A stretch of DNA of 64,000 nucleotides from Candidatus Bipolaricaulota bacterium (GCA_023132915.1 JAGLXM010000075.1:1165-65164); one strand, 5' to 3'. Counted from the stretch's first letter, positions 49,970 through 58,920 are shown. Notes: generated by a model from the letters alone, not told the origin. Numbers and translations: made by a program.

Positions 49970-51320
49970 ATGAAACTAGGTGCATGCGTAAGAAGGTTAG
50001 GGTTTTCCGTCTGGGATCGGCTGCATGGAGCTCCGGTCCACCACCACCTGGAAGAGTTAGAGCAAGCTCAGACCGTGAGTCCTGAGGAGCTTGAGCTCTG
50101 GCAGAGAGAGCGACTGTACGCTCTGCTATGTCACGCGCGGGACACGACTGACTTTTACCGCCAGCTCATCCCCCAGGACTTGTCGCCAGAAGAGAGCTTT
50201 AACGTCGTGCATGCCCTACCTCTCATGACCAAGGCTCAGATCAAAGCTGATCCTGAAGCCTTTATGGCAGGTGCCTTTCCCCCGCACGAGGCTCCATCGG
50301 GGCACCACCAGCGGGTTCACTGGGACGCCATTCGTGTTTTGGATGGACCGCAACCGGAGAGCTCGCGTGCGCGCGGAGATCTTGTACTTTGGACGCTGGG
50401 CGGGATATGAGATCGGAATGCGTCACTGCTACCTGCGCTACCTGTTTGGTCGGCCCAAGGGGTTCCTGCAACGCTGGCTAGAGAACCAACTCATCATTGA
50501 CACTACCTCCGTGGACGAGGCCAAGCTGGAGAAGATCCGGACCCTGCTCACTCGCTCAAGGACGCAAGTGCTTATCAGTCATCCCTCGGTGTTGAGCCTC
50601 CTAGCTCAGCACTGCCTCCGCCGGGGGATTCCTTTTCGGGATTTCTCTATGAGGGCGGTCATCTCCGTGGGGGAGCCCCTGCTGCCCGAAACTCGGGCCT
50701 CTATCGAGGACGCCTTCGGATGCCCGGTCTTCGATCGCTACAGCGCATGGGAGTTTGGGGTGATCGCGAGCGAGTGCGAGAGGCAACAATTGCATCTCAA
50801 CGCAGGAAGTCTGTACATCGAATTCCTCCCTCATGAGGGTCACCGCCCCACTGCGGCTGGAGAGCCTACTCGGTTCGTTGTGACCGACTTGTTCAACTAT
50901 GAAATGCCGTTCATCCGCTATGAGATTGAGGACGTAGTGGTGCTGGATAGAAAGCCTTGTCCCTGCGGTCGTAAGTCTCCCCTCCTCAAAGGCGGTCTAC
51001 GGCCGTGGGTCGATCAGATCACGTCCCCAAACGGCGCATGGCTGGACCCGCTGGGCATCGAAGCCATGTTGTGAGATCTCCATGAGATCCGACAGTTTCA
51101 GTTCGTCCAACAGTCTCAGAGTAGCTATATGATCAAGGTGGTCCCGGACGAAGGGTTTGACGAAGCGGACGTTCAGAAGATTGTGCGCCGTTATCAAGAG
51201 GTGTTGGGTCCGGAGGCGATGATTAAGGTCGAGGAGGTGAATGAGATTCTGCCGTTACCCTCGGGCAAGTGGTCCTATATCCGCTCTGAGGTCCGAGAGG
51301 CACAGATCGATGAGACTTAG
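49970..51320 (+). pseudogene. CapK/phenylacetate-CoA ligase-family gene (copy 3, different subtype) broken by at least two frameshifts
   Basis: Three successive frames carry the N-terminus (MKLGACVRRLGF..TDFYRQLI..), the core (..TTSGFTGTPFVFWMD..FDRYSAWEFGVIASEC..PCPCGRKSPLLK..) and the C-terminus (..FQFVQ..IKVEEVNEILPLPSGKWSYIRSE). Confidence 0.7.
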
Positions 51321-51525
51321 ATGCGTGGAAGTTCTCAAGATGGAACCATTGAGGGGACGTATGGGATATACTCTGACCGGATTTCGTCCGCTTCTCTCGT
51401 GGAGCTTATCACGTCATGTATGAGATCTTGAGGGCTAAGAACCGTGAAGATCTGAAGGTTGGAAAGTGTGAATGGGGGAAGGCTTGTCGAGTGGTTCCTA
51501 GAGGAAAAAGCGGAGGTTCCTCCGA

Positions 51526-51708
51526 ATGAGCTCTCAGCTATTCCTTAAGCGAGGGTTAGACTTTACTATAAGTTTTGTCGGGCTCATCCTCCTTGCTATG
51601 CCCTTTGCCATCATCGCTCTAGCGATCAAGCTCGACTCCAAGGGCCCAGTTTTCTTCAGGCAGGAGGGGACCAGAGGTTGTCTTGAGCATGGTGACTTGC
51701 TATCTTAG
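51526..51708 (+). pseudogene. 5' stub (about 46 codons) of a third PglC-type phosphoglycosyltransferase copy
   Basis: MSSQLFLKRGLDFTISFVGLILLAMPFAIIALAIKLDSKGPVFFRQE matches the N-termini of 44434.. and 52117.., then diverges to a stop. Confidence 0.8.
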
Positions 51709-51746
51709 AGGTGCCGTTAAATCATCGGCCTAAAGGAGGGAGCAAT

Positions 51747-52013
51747 ATGCCCTTGAAATTGATTAGAACCGAGAGAACAAGCGAGGAAGATCTGCAGAGG
51801 TTCAAGGCGGATCAGGAGGACTTTGAGTGGCTTGTCAGGCATTCGCGAGAGATTGAAGAGCAGTCTAAGGGGAAATATATCGCTGTCGTGAATAAAGAGG
51901 TCTTTGTGGGAGATAGCTTTGAGGAAGCGGAGCAGAAGGCTAAGGCAAAATATCCGGAGCGCGATTCCTATGTGGAATTCATCCCGCTGAAGCCGCGGGT
52001 GATGGTTCTATGA
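51747..52013 (+). CDS. Small hypothetical protein (DUF5678-like pattern)
   Basis: 88 aa from ATG 51747 (RBS aaaggaggg). ..WLVRHSREIEEQSKGKYIAVVNKEVFVGDSFEEAEQKAKAKYPERDSYVEFIP.. . Family assignment is from memory of the pattern only. Confidence 0.45.
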   Translation: MPLKLIRTERTSEEDLQRFKADQEDFEWLVRHSREIEEQSKGKYIAVVNKEVFVGDSFEEAEQKAKAKYPERDSYVEFIPLKPRVMVL

Positions 52014-52120
52014 TCTTCCACGGCCGATACCGTGTCGCCATCTTCGACAGGGGCAAAGATGATGTGATCCTGCTCGACCATCCGGATAGCTACCGAATCG
52101 AACGCTCTCTTGAAAGATGA
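52010..52120 (+). CDS. 36-codon ORF coupled by ATGA overlaps to both neighbours
   Basis: MIFHGRYRVAIFDRGKDDVILLDHPDSYRIERSLER. ATG 52010 overlaps the upstream stop, and its TGA 52118-52120 overlaps ATG 52117 of the sugar transferase. Confidence 0.3.
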   Translation: MIFHGRYRVAIFDRGKDDVILLDHPDSYRIERSLER

Positions 52121-52776
52121 AGGGTTCCATCGGTTTGCCTGTTCAGCTAATTCTAAAACGGCTTGTCGATATCCTGCTAAGCCTCATTGGGCTTATCCTC
52201 TTGATTGTTCCCTTCGCTGTGATCGCCCTGGCGATGAAGCTTGACTCCAGGGGCCCAGTGTTCTTCCGGCAAGAGCGTGTGGGAAAAGATGGCAGGGTAT
52301 TTAAGCCTTGGAAGTTCCGCACGATGGTTGTTGGGGCGGTGAAGCAAGGGCTGGGTTACAACATCGCTCAGGGTGATCCGCGGATTACTAAGGTTGGGCG
52401 GTTCTTGAGAAGCTGGGGGGTAGATGAACTTCCCCAGCTCATCAATGTGTTGAAGGGCGAGATGAGCATCGTCGGCCCGCGGCCGACCTTAAAATACCAG
52501 GTCGAGAGGTACAACGACTTCCAACGCAAACGTCTTCTGGTCAAGCCTGGGATCACCGGCTGGGCCCTGATCCATGGGCGAAATCTTTTGACCTGGGAGG
52601 AGCGAATCAAATACGACGTCTGGTATGTAGATCATCGGACAATCTGGCTTGATCTTTGGGTCATGCTCAAGACGTTATGGGTGGTGCTGATCAAGCGGGA
52701 AGGGGTCTACAGCTCAGAAGGGATCAATGACCCATTTGTGACACCGCCTCAGGAAGGGCCACCCCATGATGTGTAA
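52117..52776 (+). CDS. Undecaprenyl-phosphate sugar phosphotransferase, small monotopic PglC/WbaP-C type (intact copy)
   Basis: 219 aa. ..GPVFFRQERVGKDGRVFKPWKFRTM.., ..DELPQLINVLKGEMSIVGPRP.., ..KPGITGWA.. . Confidence 0.9.
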   Translation: MKGSIGLPVQLILKRLVDILLSLIGLILLIVPFAVIALAMKLDSRGPVFFRQERVGKDGRVFKPWKFRTMVVGAVKQGLGYNIAQGDPRITKVGRFLRSWGVDELPQLINVLKGEMSIVGPRPTLKYQVERYNDFQRKRLLVKPGITGWALIHGRNLLTWEERIKYDVWYVDHRTIWLDLWVMLKTLWVVLIKREGVYSSEGINDPFVTPPQEGPPHDV

Positions 52777-53179
52777 CTCAAAGGGTTTCCATTCCTGGTC
52801 CAATGTAAAATTGCTGAAGAGGCTAGGGGAAAAGGAGATTTCGGCTCTTTATGGTGCCTGGTCTATATAGTTTGTATAATAGATTCGGTAGTTTGCGACA
52901 GAGGCGGTGTGCGATGGGTAAATGTAAGGTTCATAAGTTAGGTTTAGATTCATGAAGGTTAATAGAGGAGTACGTCGCGTGGGGCGTAGAAGAGAAGACT
53001 AAAGCACAAGTGGCAAAGGACTTTGAGTTTGTCCTGGATGTGTGATATGTGGAGCATCTACCATTGCGAGGGGAGCCGCAGATGATCGCTCCGGCGGCCT
53101 GGAAAATCTGCAAGCGGGAAGGCATCGGTCAGCCGGAACACGCCACAATGTCAGAATTAAAGCAAACCCAATATTCATC

Positions 53180-53905
53180 ATGAGTACGCACAAAAAGCAA
53201 ATGTTCGCCCGGTTTCTTGATTTGAAATGGCCTGATATCAACTGTGATATGCATTTGCATACGACCAGAACTGATGGCAAAGCTGACATTAAGGACGTAA
53301 TGCATTACGCGGTGGAGCGGGGTCTGAGCCGAATTGCATTCACTGAACATGTGCGGAGAGATACTCAGTGGTTTCAGGAATTTACCCGCCAAGTTCGGGC
53401 TGAGCAAAAGGCGTATCCGCAGTTAGAGGTTCTGGTTGGTTGTGAAGCCAAAGCTCTCGATACGGAGGGCTTGTTGGATGCGACAGATAAGATACTCGCT
53501 GAGTGTGACATCGTGCTGGGTAGCGTACATCGCTTTCCGGATGGTCGGGGTGGATATATTGGTTTTTCCTCTCTGTCTCAGGAACACTTTGCGCAGATCG
53601 AGTTTGAGTTGGCAGTTGGATTGTTGGGTGCTGCTCCTATTGATGTATTGGCTCATCCTGGAGGTATGTACTTCAGGCGATACACTGATTTCCCCTCTGC
53701 TATGATGCGAGAGATTCTTAAACAAAGCCTAGAACGAGGAATTGCGGTAGAGATCAATACTTCCTACATCCAGAATCTACCTGGTTTTCTAAGGCTTTGT
53801 GTTGAAATTAATCCTTATGTATCGATTGGATCCGATATGCATCGTCTAGAACAACTTGGCGAGTGCCGAGATCGGTTGCATGCACACGGGGTCGGTTTCT
53901 CATGA
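53180..53905 (+). CDS. PHP-domain metal-dependent phosphoesterase (HisJ/histidinol-phosphatase-like)
   Basis: About 241 aa. ..CDMHLHTTRTDGK..IAFTEHV..GSVH..LAHPG.. PHP motifs. The track ORF starts at 53042; ATG 53180 is likely. Confidence 0.75.
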   Translation: MSTHKKQMFARFLDLKWPDINCDMHLHTTRTDGKADIKDVMHYAVERGLSRIAFTEHVRRDTQWFQEFTRQVRAEQKAYPQLEVLVGCEAKALDTEGLLDATDKILAECDIVLGSVHRFPDGRGGYIGFSSLSQEHFAQIEFELAVGLLGAAPIDVLAHPGGMYFRRYTDFPSAMMREILKQSLERGIAVEINTSYIQNLPGFLRLCVEINPYVSIGSDMHRLEQLGECRDRLHAHGVGFS

Positions 53906-54885
53906 GAGTGCTAGTTACTGGAGCTGGTGCGTTGTTGGGACAAGGGATTATCAAGAGCCTGCGTATGGCCCCTACCCAGTATGAAATTGTAGCTGTGGAC
54001 CCGGATCCACGCGCCGTAGGGTTATATTGGGCGGATAAAGCATGCCTGGTACCACTTGCTGCCAATCCGGGCTATTTTGACGGAATCTGCCAAGTTATTG
54101 ATCGCGAGCGGCCTGAGGCAGTACTAGTGGGAACAGATGTTGAGTTGATGGTGTTGGCGATTCACAAGTCACAGATTGAATCGGCCTACAATACGCGGGT
54201 AATCGTGAGTCCTCCAGATGTAATCCGAATCGCCGATGATAAATGGTTGACTTATGAGTTTCTGGCATCCAACGGATTTCCATATCCGCAATCGTCATTG
54301 TCTGATAGCATTTCCGGCCTATTGCGGCGGTGTGATTTCCCGTTGGTCGTGAAACCACGAGTGAGCGCTCGTTCTGTCGGAGTATACAAGGTAAGGAATG
54401 AGCAGGAGTTGAATCGGGCATTGAGCCAGGCTCAAAACCCCATTATCCAGGAGTGTGTTGCGACACCGGAAGAGGAGTACACTAGCGGAATTGTTGTCAC
54501 CGATGGGATCGTCAGGGCTATTGTAACAATGCGCCGTGACTTGCGGGATGGCAACACATATCGTGCCTATGTTGAACCCAACGCTCCTTTCAATGGTCTA
54601 TTAGCGAAGATTGCTGAGAAATTGGGTGGACTCGGCCCTCTTAACTTTCAATTTAGGCTTGATCGGGGTGTTCCGAAGATTTTCGAGATTAACGCTCGAT
54701 TCTCTGGAACTACCCCACTGCGTGCCTGTGCGGGTTTCAATGAGGTGGATAGTGTAGTTCGTCATTATGTATTGGGTGATCCGATTCCCGATCCTGCTTT
54801 ACGCCCTGTGGTAATATTCAGGTATTGGGATGAAATTGTCATCGAGCGAACTCAGTTGGCCGCTTTTTCTGATGAGCAGAGATAA
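53902..54885 (+). CDS. ATP-grasp domain protein (carbamoyl-phosphate-synthase L-chain-like ligase)
   Basis: About 327 aa. MRVLVTGAGALLGQG.., ..PLVVKPRVSARSVGVY.., ..IFEINARFSGTT.. . ATGA overlap with the PHP gene. Confidence 0.8.
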   Translation: MRVLVTGAGALLGQGIIKSLRMAPTQYEIVAVDPDPRAVGLYWADKACLVPLAANPGYFDGICQVIDRERPEAVLVGTDVELMVLAIHKSQIESAYNTRVIVSPPDVIRIADDKWLTYEFLASNGFPYPQSSLSDSISGLLRRCDFPLVVKPRVSARSVGVYKVRNEQELNRALSQAQNPIIQECVATPEEEYTSGIVVTDGIVRAIVTMRRDLRDGNTYRAYVEPNAPFNGLLAKIAEKLGGLGPLNFQFRLDRGVPKIFEINARFSGTTPLRACAGFNEVDSVVRHYVLGDPIPDPALRPVVIFRYWDEIVIERTQLAAFSDEQR

Positions 54886-54918
54886 GAGAAAGCCGAAGTT
54901 CGAGCGCATAACCCGTAT

Positions 54919-55836
54919 ATGAAGCGTATATTAGTCACGGGGGCTTCGGGTCTTCTTGGAGCCACAGTTGTCAAGACCTTGATAAATTCAGATTACTCTG
55001 TAGTGGCAGCGTGTCGTACGCTTGACTCAGCTCCTTTGGTTGGCGACATTCAGGTCATAACACTGGACCTGTTAAACGAAAAAGATTGGGCTAGTCTTCC
55101 TAAAAACATTGACGCAGTTGCACATTGTGCTGCATATGTCCCTACACGTTTCAACGACGCGGCAATGTCCGATACTCTGTGGAGAGTAAATGGTCTAGGA
55201 ACTCTTAAGCTCTTGAAATGGGCAAAAGAGAATGGCGTTGCTCAGTTCATCTACTGCTCATCCCACTCAATCTATCGGCGTCCAGCTCCCTATCCAATTA
55301 CTGAAGAACATTCTGTGTATCCATCCGGGGGGACAGCGTACTATGCTATAAGCAAACTTGCTGGTGAAGTCTTTGCAAGCTGTATGCGCAGTGATAGCTT
55401 TAATGTCTGTAGCCTGCGCATGCCCTCTTTGTATGGTGCGCGGATGAAAAAGTCCGGGGTGCTATATCACTTTGTGACTCAGGCACGTGCGGGTAAGACT
55501 ATCAAGATCATGTCGTCCCTCGATAGCCTATTCGATTTTCTCTATGTGCAAGACGCTGCCTATGCTATTCAGTTATGTCTTGCAAAATCTCCAAAGCAAG
55601 CTTATTACAATATCGGTTCTGGTAAAGCCATAACCCTCAAAGAATTGGCTGAAGCGTGTTGGGCAATCTTTGCACCGCACTCCCCCGTCAGTATATTTAT
55701 TGAAGCGGACGAGACCGCTCCGATATATAATGTCCTCGACATCTCTCGGGCACAGCGAGAGTTGGATTATCAGCCTGCTTTTGACATTTGGACTGGGTTG
55801 CGGGATATGAAGGCGCATCAAGAGGAGAAGCTTTGA
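54919..55836 (+). CDS. NAD-dependent epimerase/dehydratase (SDR)
   Basis: 305 aa. ILVTGASGLLG and YAISKLA (YxxxK). Confidence 0.8.
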   Translation: MKRILVTGASGLLGATVVKTLINSDYSVVAACRTLDSAPLVGDIQVITLDLLNEKDWASLPKNIDAVAHCAAYVPTRFNDAAMSDTLWRVNGLGTLKLLKWAKENGVAQFIYCSSHSIYRRPAPYPITEEHSVYPSGGTAYYAISKLAGEVFASCMRSDSFNVCSLRMPSLYGARMKKSGVLYHFVTQARAGKTIKIMSSLDSLFDFLYVQDAAYAIQLCLAKSPKQAYYNIGSGKAITLKELAEACWAIFAPHSPVSIFIEADETAPIYNVLDISRAQRELDYQPAFDIWTGLRDMKAHQEEKL

Positions 55837-55976
55837 TGTCAGTTATCCCTATGTTTTCCCCTGCTCTAATCGACGTCGAGATCACAGCAGCTATCAGCTC
55901 GCTAAGGGAAAGATTTGCCCAAACGGTTAAGTTCATCGGCGCCGGGGCAGCTGTTAGCGATGGATATTCCCAATAA
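55836..55976 (+). pseudogene. 5' remnant (about 30 codons) of an ancestral DegT-type aminotransferase
   Basis: MSVIPMFSPALIDVEITAAISSLRE.. parallels VNIPLARPDIAKEEIEAVVAVLRT.. of 56827... Its ATG overlaps the SDR stop (TGATG). Confidence 0.55.
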
Positions 55977-56018
55977 TGTCATGAGAATTGCGAAGGATGC
56001 CCTGCCTTGTAGGCGGGG

Positions 56019-56291
56019 ATGGATTCGCCAGTCCTGGCTGAACTCTCAATGTCCAGCCAGGACTGTAAGCTTCTTAGGGAGGTGTTCAACAGCATATCAG
56101 CGGGTGTGCTGTTTCGGGAGTTCCCTGAGCTTCAGGATCAGCTTTGGAGGGATTGGTACTTTGTTCGCACGGTGGGAGATGACGCTACCGCGGAGATTAT
56201 CCGCAACTGCACTCAGTATCATCAAGAGCGAGTAAGAGATTCCCGCGCAATTGGAATTCTTCTGGTCTTAGGTCATGGTTTTGCCTTTTGA
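56019..56291 (+). CDS. Hypothetical ORF, no recognisable family
   Basis: 90-aa ORF in junction DNA between DegT remnants. It may be non-coding. Confidence 0.2.
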   Translation: MDSPVLAELSMSSQDCKLLREVFNSISAGVLFREFPELQDQLWRDWYFVRTVGDDATAEIIRNCTQYHQERVRDSRAIGILLVLGHGFAF

Positions 56292-56376
56292 AGCCCCGCC
56301 CTGTGGGCGGAGAGCTTCACTTGTGCTTGCTAATACTACTTCTTCGATGCTAAAATAGCTTTGAGGATGGTGATCA

Positions 56377-56703
56377 ATGATGCTCAAGACCTATGCGGCT
56401 GAGCTAGAAGAGCGGTAGATCGAGGCGCTAAAGCCTCTCTCCCAGGAGACGAAGATTCCCCAGGCGGAGCTTTTGCGCCAGGCGGTCGGATTTCTTGTTG
56501 GAGCGATAGCAGAGCAATTAGGAGCGTTTGGAATTTATCAAACGACTCGATACGAGTTTAATCCGTTGCGGCTAAAGATGCGAATTGTGTTCGTTCCAGA
56601 ATTATTCATAGATGTCTTCTATAGCGCAAGGACGCAGAGGATCGATTTTGCACTTATCGAGGAGACAGAGAGGATTTTCGGCGTTGATAACCTCAATGGG
56701 TAG
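56377..56703 (+). pseudogene. Degenerate small TA-like gene(s): RHH/CopG-like N-terminus plus beta-rich part, with in-frame TAG codons
   Basis: MMLKTYAAELEER*IEALKPLSQETKIPQAELLRQAVGFL.. (RHH-like), then ..RLKMRIVFVPELFIDVFYSARTQRIDFALIEETERIFGVDNLNG*YRYPFGG. The family of the second part is uncertain. Confidence 0.4.
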
Positions 56704-56826
56704 TATCGTTATCCATTTGGAGGAGTTCTAGCGGCATCAGGCTATACAGGAGTCAGCCTCGGAAGAGATTTTCTCAGAAATCAAGAAGGTTGCTGTGGAG
56801 CAGGGTCTTTTGAGAGAGGGGTCGAG

Positions 56827-58041
56827 GTGAATATTCCACTAGCTAGACCGGATATCGCCAAGGAGGAGATCGAGGCGGTCGTTGCTGTCCTCAGAACGCC
56901 CCACCTTGCTCTCGGGCCTAAGCTAAAGGAGTTCGAGGATGCGATCGCTGAATATTCTGGCGTTCGTTATGTCGTGGCCGTGAACAGTGGCACGAGTGCC
57001 CTGCACCTTATCATTCGCGCACTGGGGATCGGTGCCGGTGATGAGGTGATCACTACCCCGTTCAGCTTTATCTCCTCGTCCAATTGCATCCTTTTTGAAA
57101 GGGCAAAGCCGGTCTTTGTCGATATCGAGCCGAAGACTCTCAACATCGATCCCGAACGGATCGAGGAGGCGATCACACCAAAGACCAAGGCGATCCTGGC
57201 CGTTGATGTGTTTGGCCATCCGGCCGACTGGCCGGCGCTGGAGCAACTGGCAGAGAGACACAACGTGTTGTTGGTCGAGGATTCCGCGGAAGCGCTTGGG
57301 TCTAAGTTGGACGGGAAGCGTTGTGGCTCGTTCGGTCGGGCCGGAATCTTCGGCTTTTACCCCAATAAGCAGATCACGACCGGCGAAGGCGGTATCATTG
57401 TTACCGACGATGCGGAGCTCGCGGCTCTGTGTCGATCCATGGCCAACCAGGGCCGCGGAGATGGAGACGCCTGGCTAAGCCACGTTCGTTTGGGCTACAA
57501 CTACCGCATGGACGAGATGTCGGCCGCATTGGGACTGGCGCAGCTTTCCCGGATTGAGGAGATCGTTGCCGCCCGCGCCCAGGTGGCTGTGTGGTACGCG
57601 GAGGCGTTGGAGCGGGTTGACGGAGTTAAGGCGCCCTTTGTGGCGCCGGACGTAACGATGAGTTGGTTTGTGTACGTAGTTCGGCTCGATGAGGGATTCA
57701 CTCGCGAGGATCGAGATCGGATCTTAAAAGGCCTCCGCGATGCGGGCATCGAGTGTCGCAATTACTTCCCCCCAATTCATTTGCAGCCGTTCTATCGAGA
57801 AGCCTTGGGGACTAAGGAAGGGGACTTTCCGATCACCGAATCCGTAGCCGCACGGACGATCGCTTTGCCATTCTACAATAAACTCACTAAGGATGAAGTA
57901 AGCTACGTCGTGGACAATCTAGCCGATATACTGAAATGTTACCACTTGGGGGATGTAGCAAATCTCAAATCGCTACTACACCCCCCGAGGGCGCAGAGAT
58001 CGCAGAGAACGCGGAATCCGCAAAGAAGTCGTCAAATCTAG
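56827..58041 (+). CDS. DegT/DnrJ/EryC1/StrS-family sugar aminotransferase (PglE-like) with a repeat-derived C-terminal tail
   Basis: 404 aa, GTG start. ..NSGTSALHL.., ..FGFYPNKQITTGEGGIIV.. . The last ~30 aa (..GDVANLKSLLHPPRAQRSQRTRNPQRSRQI) are encoded by palindromic/low-complexity DNA. Confidence 0.85.
   Translation: MNIPLARPDIAKEEIEAVVAVLRTPHLALGPKLKEFEDAIAEYSGVRYVVAVNSGTSALHLIIRALGIGAGDEVITTPFSFISSSNCILFERAKPVFVDIEPKTLNIDPERIEEAITPKTKAILAVDVFGHPADWPALEQLAERHNVLLVEDSAEALGSKLDGKRCGSFGRAGIFGFYPNKQITTGEGGIIVTDDAELAALCRSMANQGRGDGDAWLSHVRLGYNYRMDEMSAALGLAQLSRIEEIVAARAQVAVWYAEALERVDGVKAPFVAPDVTMSWFVYVVRLDEGFTREDRDRILKGLRDAGIECRNYFPPIHLQPFYREALGTKEGDFPITESVAARTIALPFYNKLTKDEVSYVVDNLADILKCYHLGDVANLKSLLHPPRAQRSQRTRNPQRSRQI
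57945..57992. repeat. 48-nt palindromic element (single unit) in the DegT 3' end
   Basis: cttgggggatgtagcaaatctcaaatcgctactacaccccccgagggc. It shares both ends (CTTGGGGG.TGTAG.AA and ACTACACCCCCCGAGGGC) with the 90-nt element at 62746-62835. Confidence 0.75.
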
Positions 58042-58057
58042 GTTTGAGAGACCGTGA

Positions 58058-58282
58058 TTGAGTAGGCTGGAGAACAAGGTGGTGGTCATTGTGCCTAAGG
58101 TTGAAGTCAATCTGGACCAATTAGCAAAGGCTTTGGAGGAGTTGTCCCCCGGTGAGCTTGAAACTCCGGAGATTCGGTTCAACCCCGAATTGGGAGAGAA
58201 ACTGAAGGACCGGTGGGCCAAGGCCAAGGAGGAACTTGCGAAGGGGAGAACCCTATCGAAGAGGGACTTGCTTGCGCAGTGA
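58058..58282 (+). CDS. Small hypothetical protein upstream of the DUF4258/DUF2283 pair
   Basis: 74-aa ORF with a non-ATG start, charged helical C-terminus (..KLKDRWAKAKEELAKGRTLSKRDLL). No family recognised. Confidence 0.3.
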   Translation: MSRLENKVVVIVPKVEVNLDQLAKALEELSPGELETPEIRFNPELGEKLKDRWAKAKEELAKGRTLSKRDLLAQ

Positions 58283-58377
58283 TAGTTCATACAAGACACA
58301 AAAATGGTGAAAATGCAAAGCTTACCCGGGAGGACGACAGAGATCACGGAGATAATGCTGAGGAGGCAACGCAACGC

Positions 58378-58653
58378 ATGAAGCCGGGGCCGCTTCGGAA
58401 ATTTTGCATCAAGGATCACGCTCGTTTTCAGATGAAACGGCGCCAGATTTCCGAAGAGCAGGTGCGTCAGGTACTGACAGCTCCCCAGCAGATTATTGAG
58501 AAGGAAGGCAGCCGTTATATCTATCAATCTAAGCTCTTCTTGCCAAACTCAGGTAAAGAGCGCCTCTTTCGTGTTGTGGTAGACACTAGGCACGAGCCGG
58601 TTGAAGTTGTTACCGTGTATCGCACGAGTAAAATAGCCAAGTATTGGAGGTAA
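58378..58653 (+). CDS. DUF4258-like toxin-type small protein
   Basis: 91 aa from ATG 58378 (RBS gaggagg). ..IKDHARFQMKRRQISEEQVRQVL..RLFRVVVDTRHEPVEVVTVYRTSK.. . Confidence 0.65.
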   Translation: MKPGPLRKFCIKDHARFQMKRRQISEEQVRQVLTAPQQIIEKEGSRYIYQSKLFLPNSGKERLFRVVVDTRHEPVEVVTVYRTSKIAKYWR

Positions 58654-58655
58654 AT

Positions 58656-58853
58656 ATGAAGCTTGTCTACGATCGGGATTTAGACATTCTGACGGTAATT
58701 CTCAAGGAGATGTCCGTGGAGGAGAGCGACGAGGTAAAAGAAGGCATCATTCTGGATTATGATGCCCACGGTAACCTTGTCGCGATGGAGATCCTAGACG
58801 CATCCCGACTCATTGCTCAGCCCGCGGGCGTTGAGTTTCAGTTGGCTAAATAG
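58656..58853 (+). CDS. DUF2283-like small protein (partner of DUF4258)
   Basis: 65 aa. MKLVYDRDLDILTVILKE..EGIILDYDAHGNLVAMEILDAS.. . Confidence 0.7.
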   Translation: MKLVYDRDLDILTVILKEMSVEESDEVKEGIILDYDAHGNLVAMEILDASRLIAQPAGVEFQLAK

Positions 58854-58920
58854 CCTTCAGCTAGCTTAGAGCAGTTCTACCGCTTTTCGGAGGTTGGAGA
58901 ACAGAAGAGGAACCCAACCT

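Noticed and set aside
49763-50410. A 215-aa ORF that looks like a real gene bridging the acyltransferase remnant and ligase copy 3.
   Set aside because: Its first third is an out-of-frame read-through of the degenerate acyltransferase region. Only from MKLGACV.. (49970) does it match CapK-like N-termini, and it then runs out of frame at about 50270. It is better explained as part of a frameshifted pseudogene.
52840-52880. TATAAT hexamer (52875-52880) as the promoter of the PHP/ATP-grasp/SDR operon.
   Set aside because: It is plausible given the 400-bp AT-rich gap, but there is no convincing -35 element at proper spacing, and such hexamers arise by chance in AT-rich DNA. It was not reported as a feature.
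56293-56320. The hairpin CCGCCC-TGT-GGGCGG as a rho-independent terminator.
   Set aside because: The stem is only 6 bp and no T-tract follows. It lies in degenerate junction DNA, so support is insufficient.
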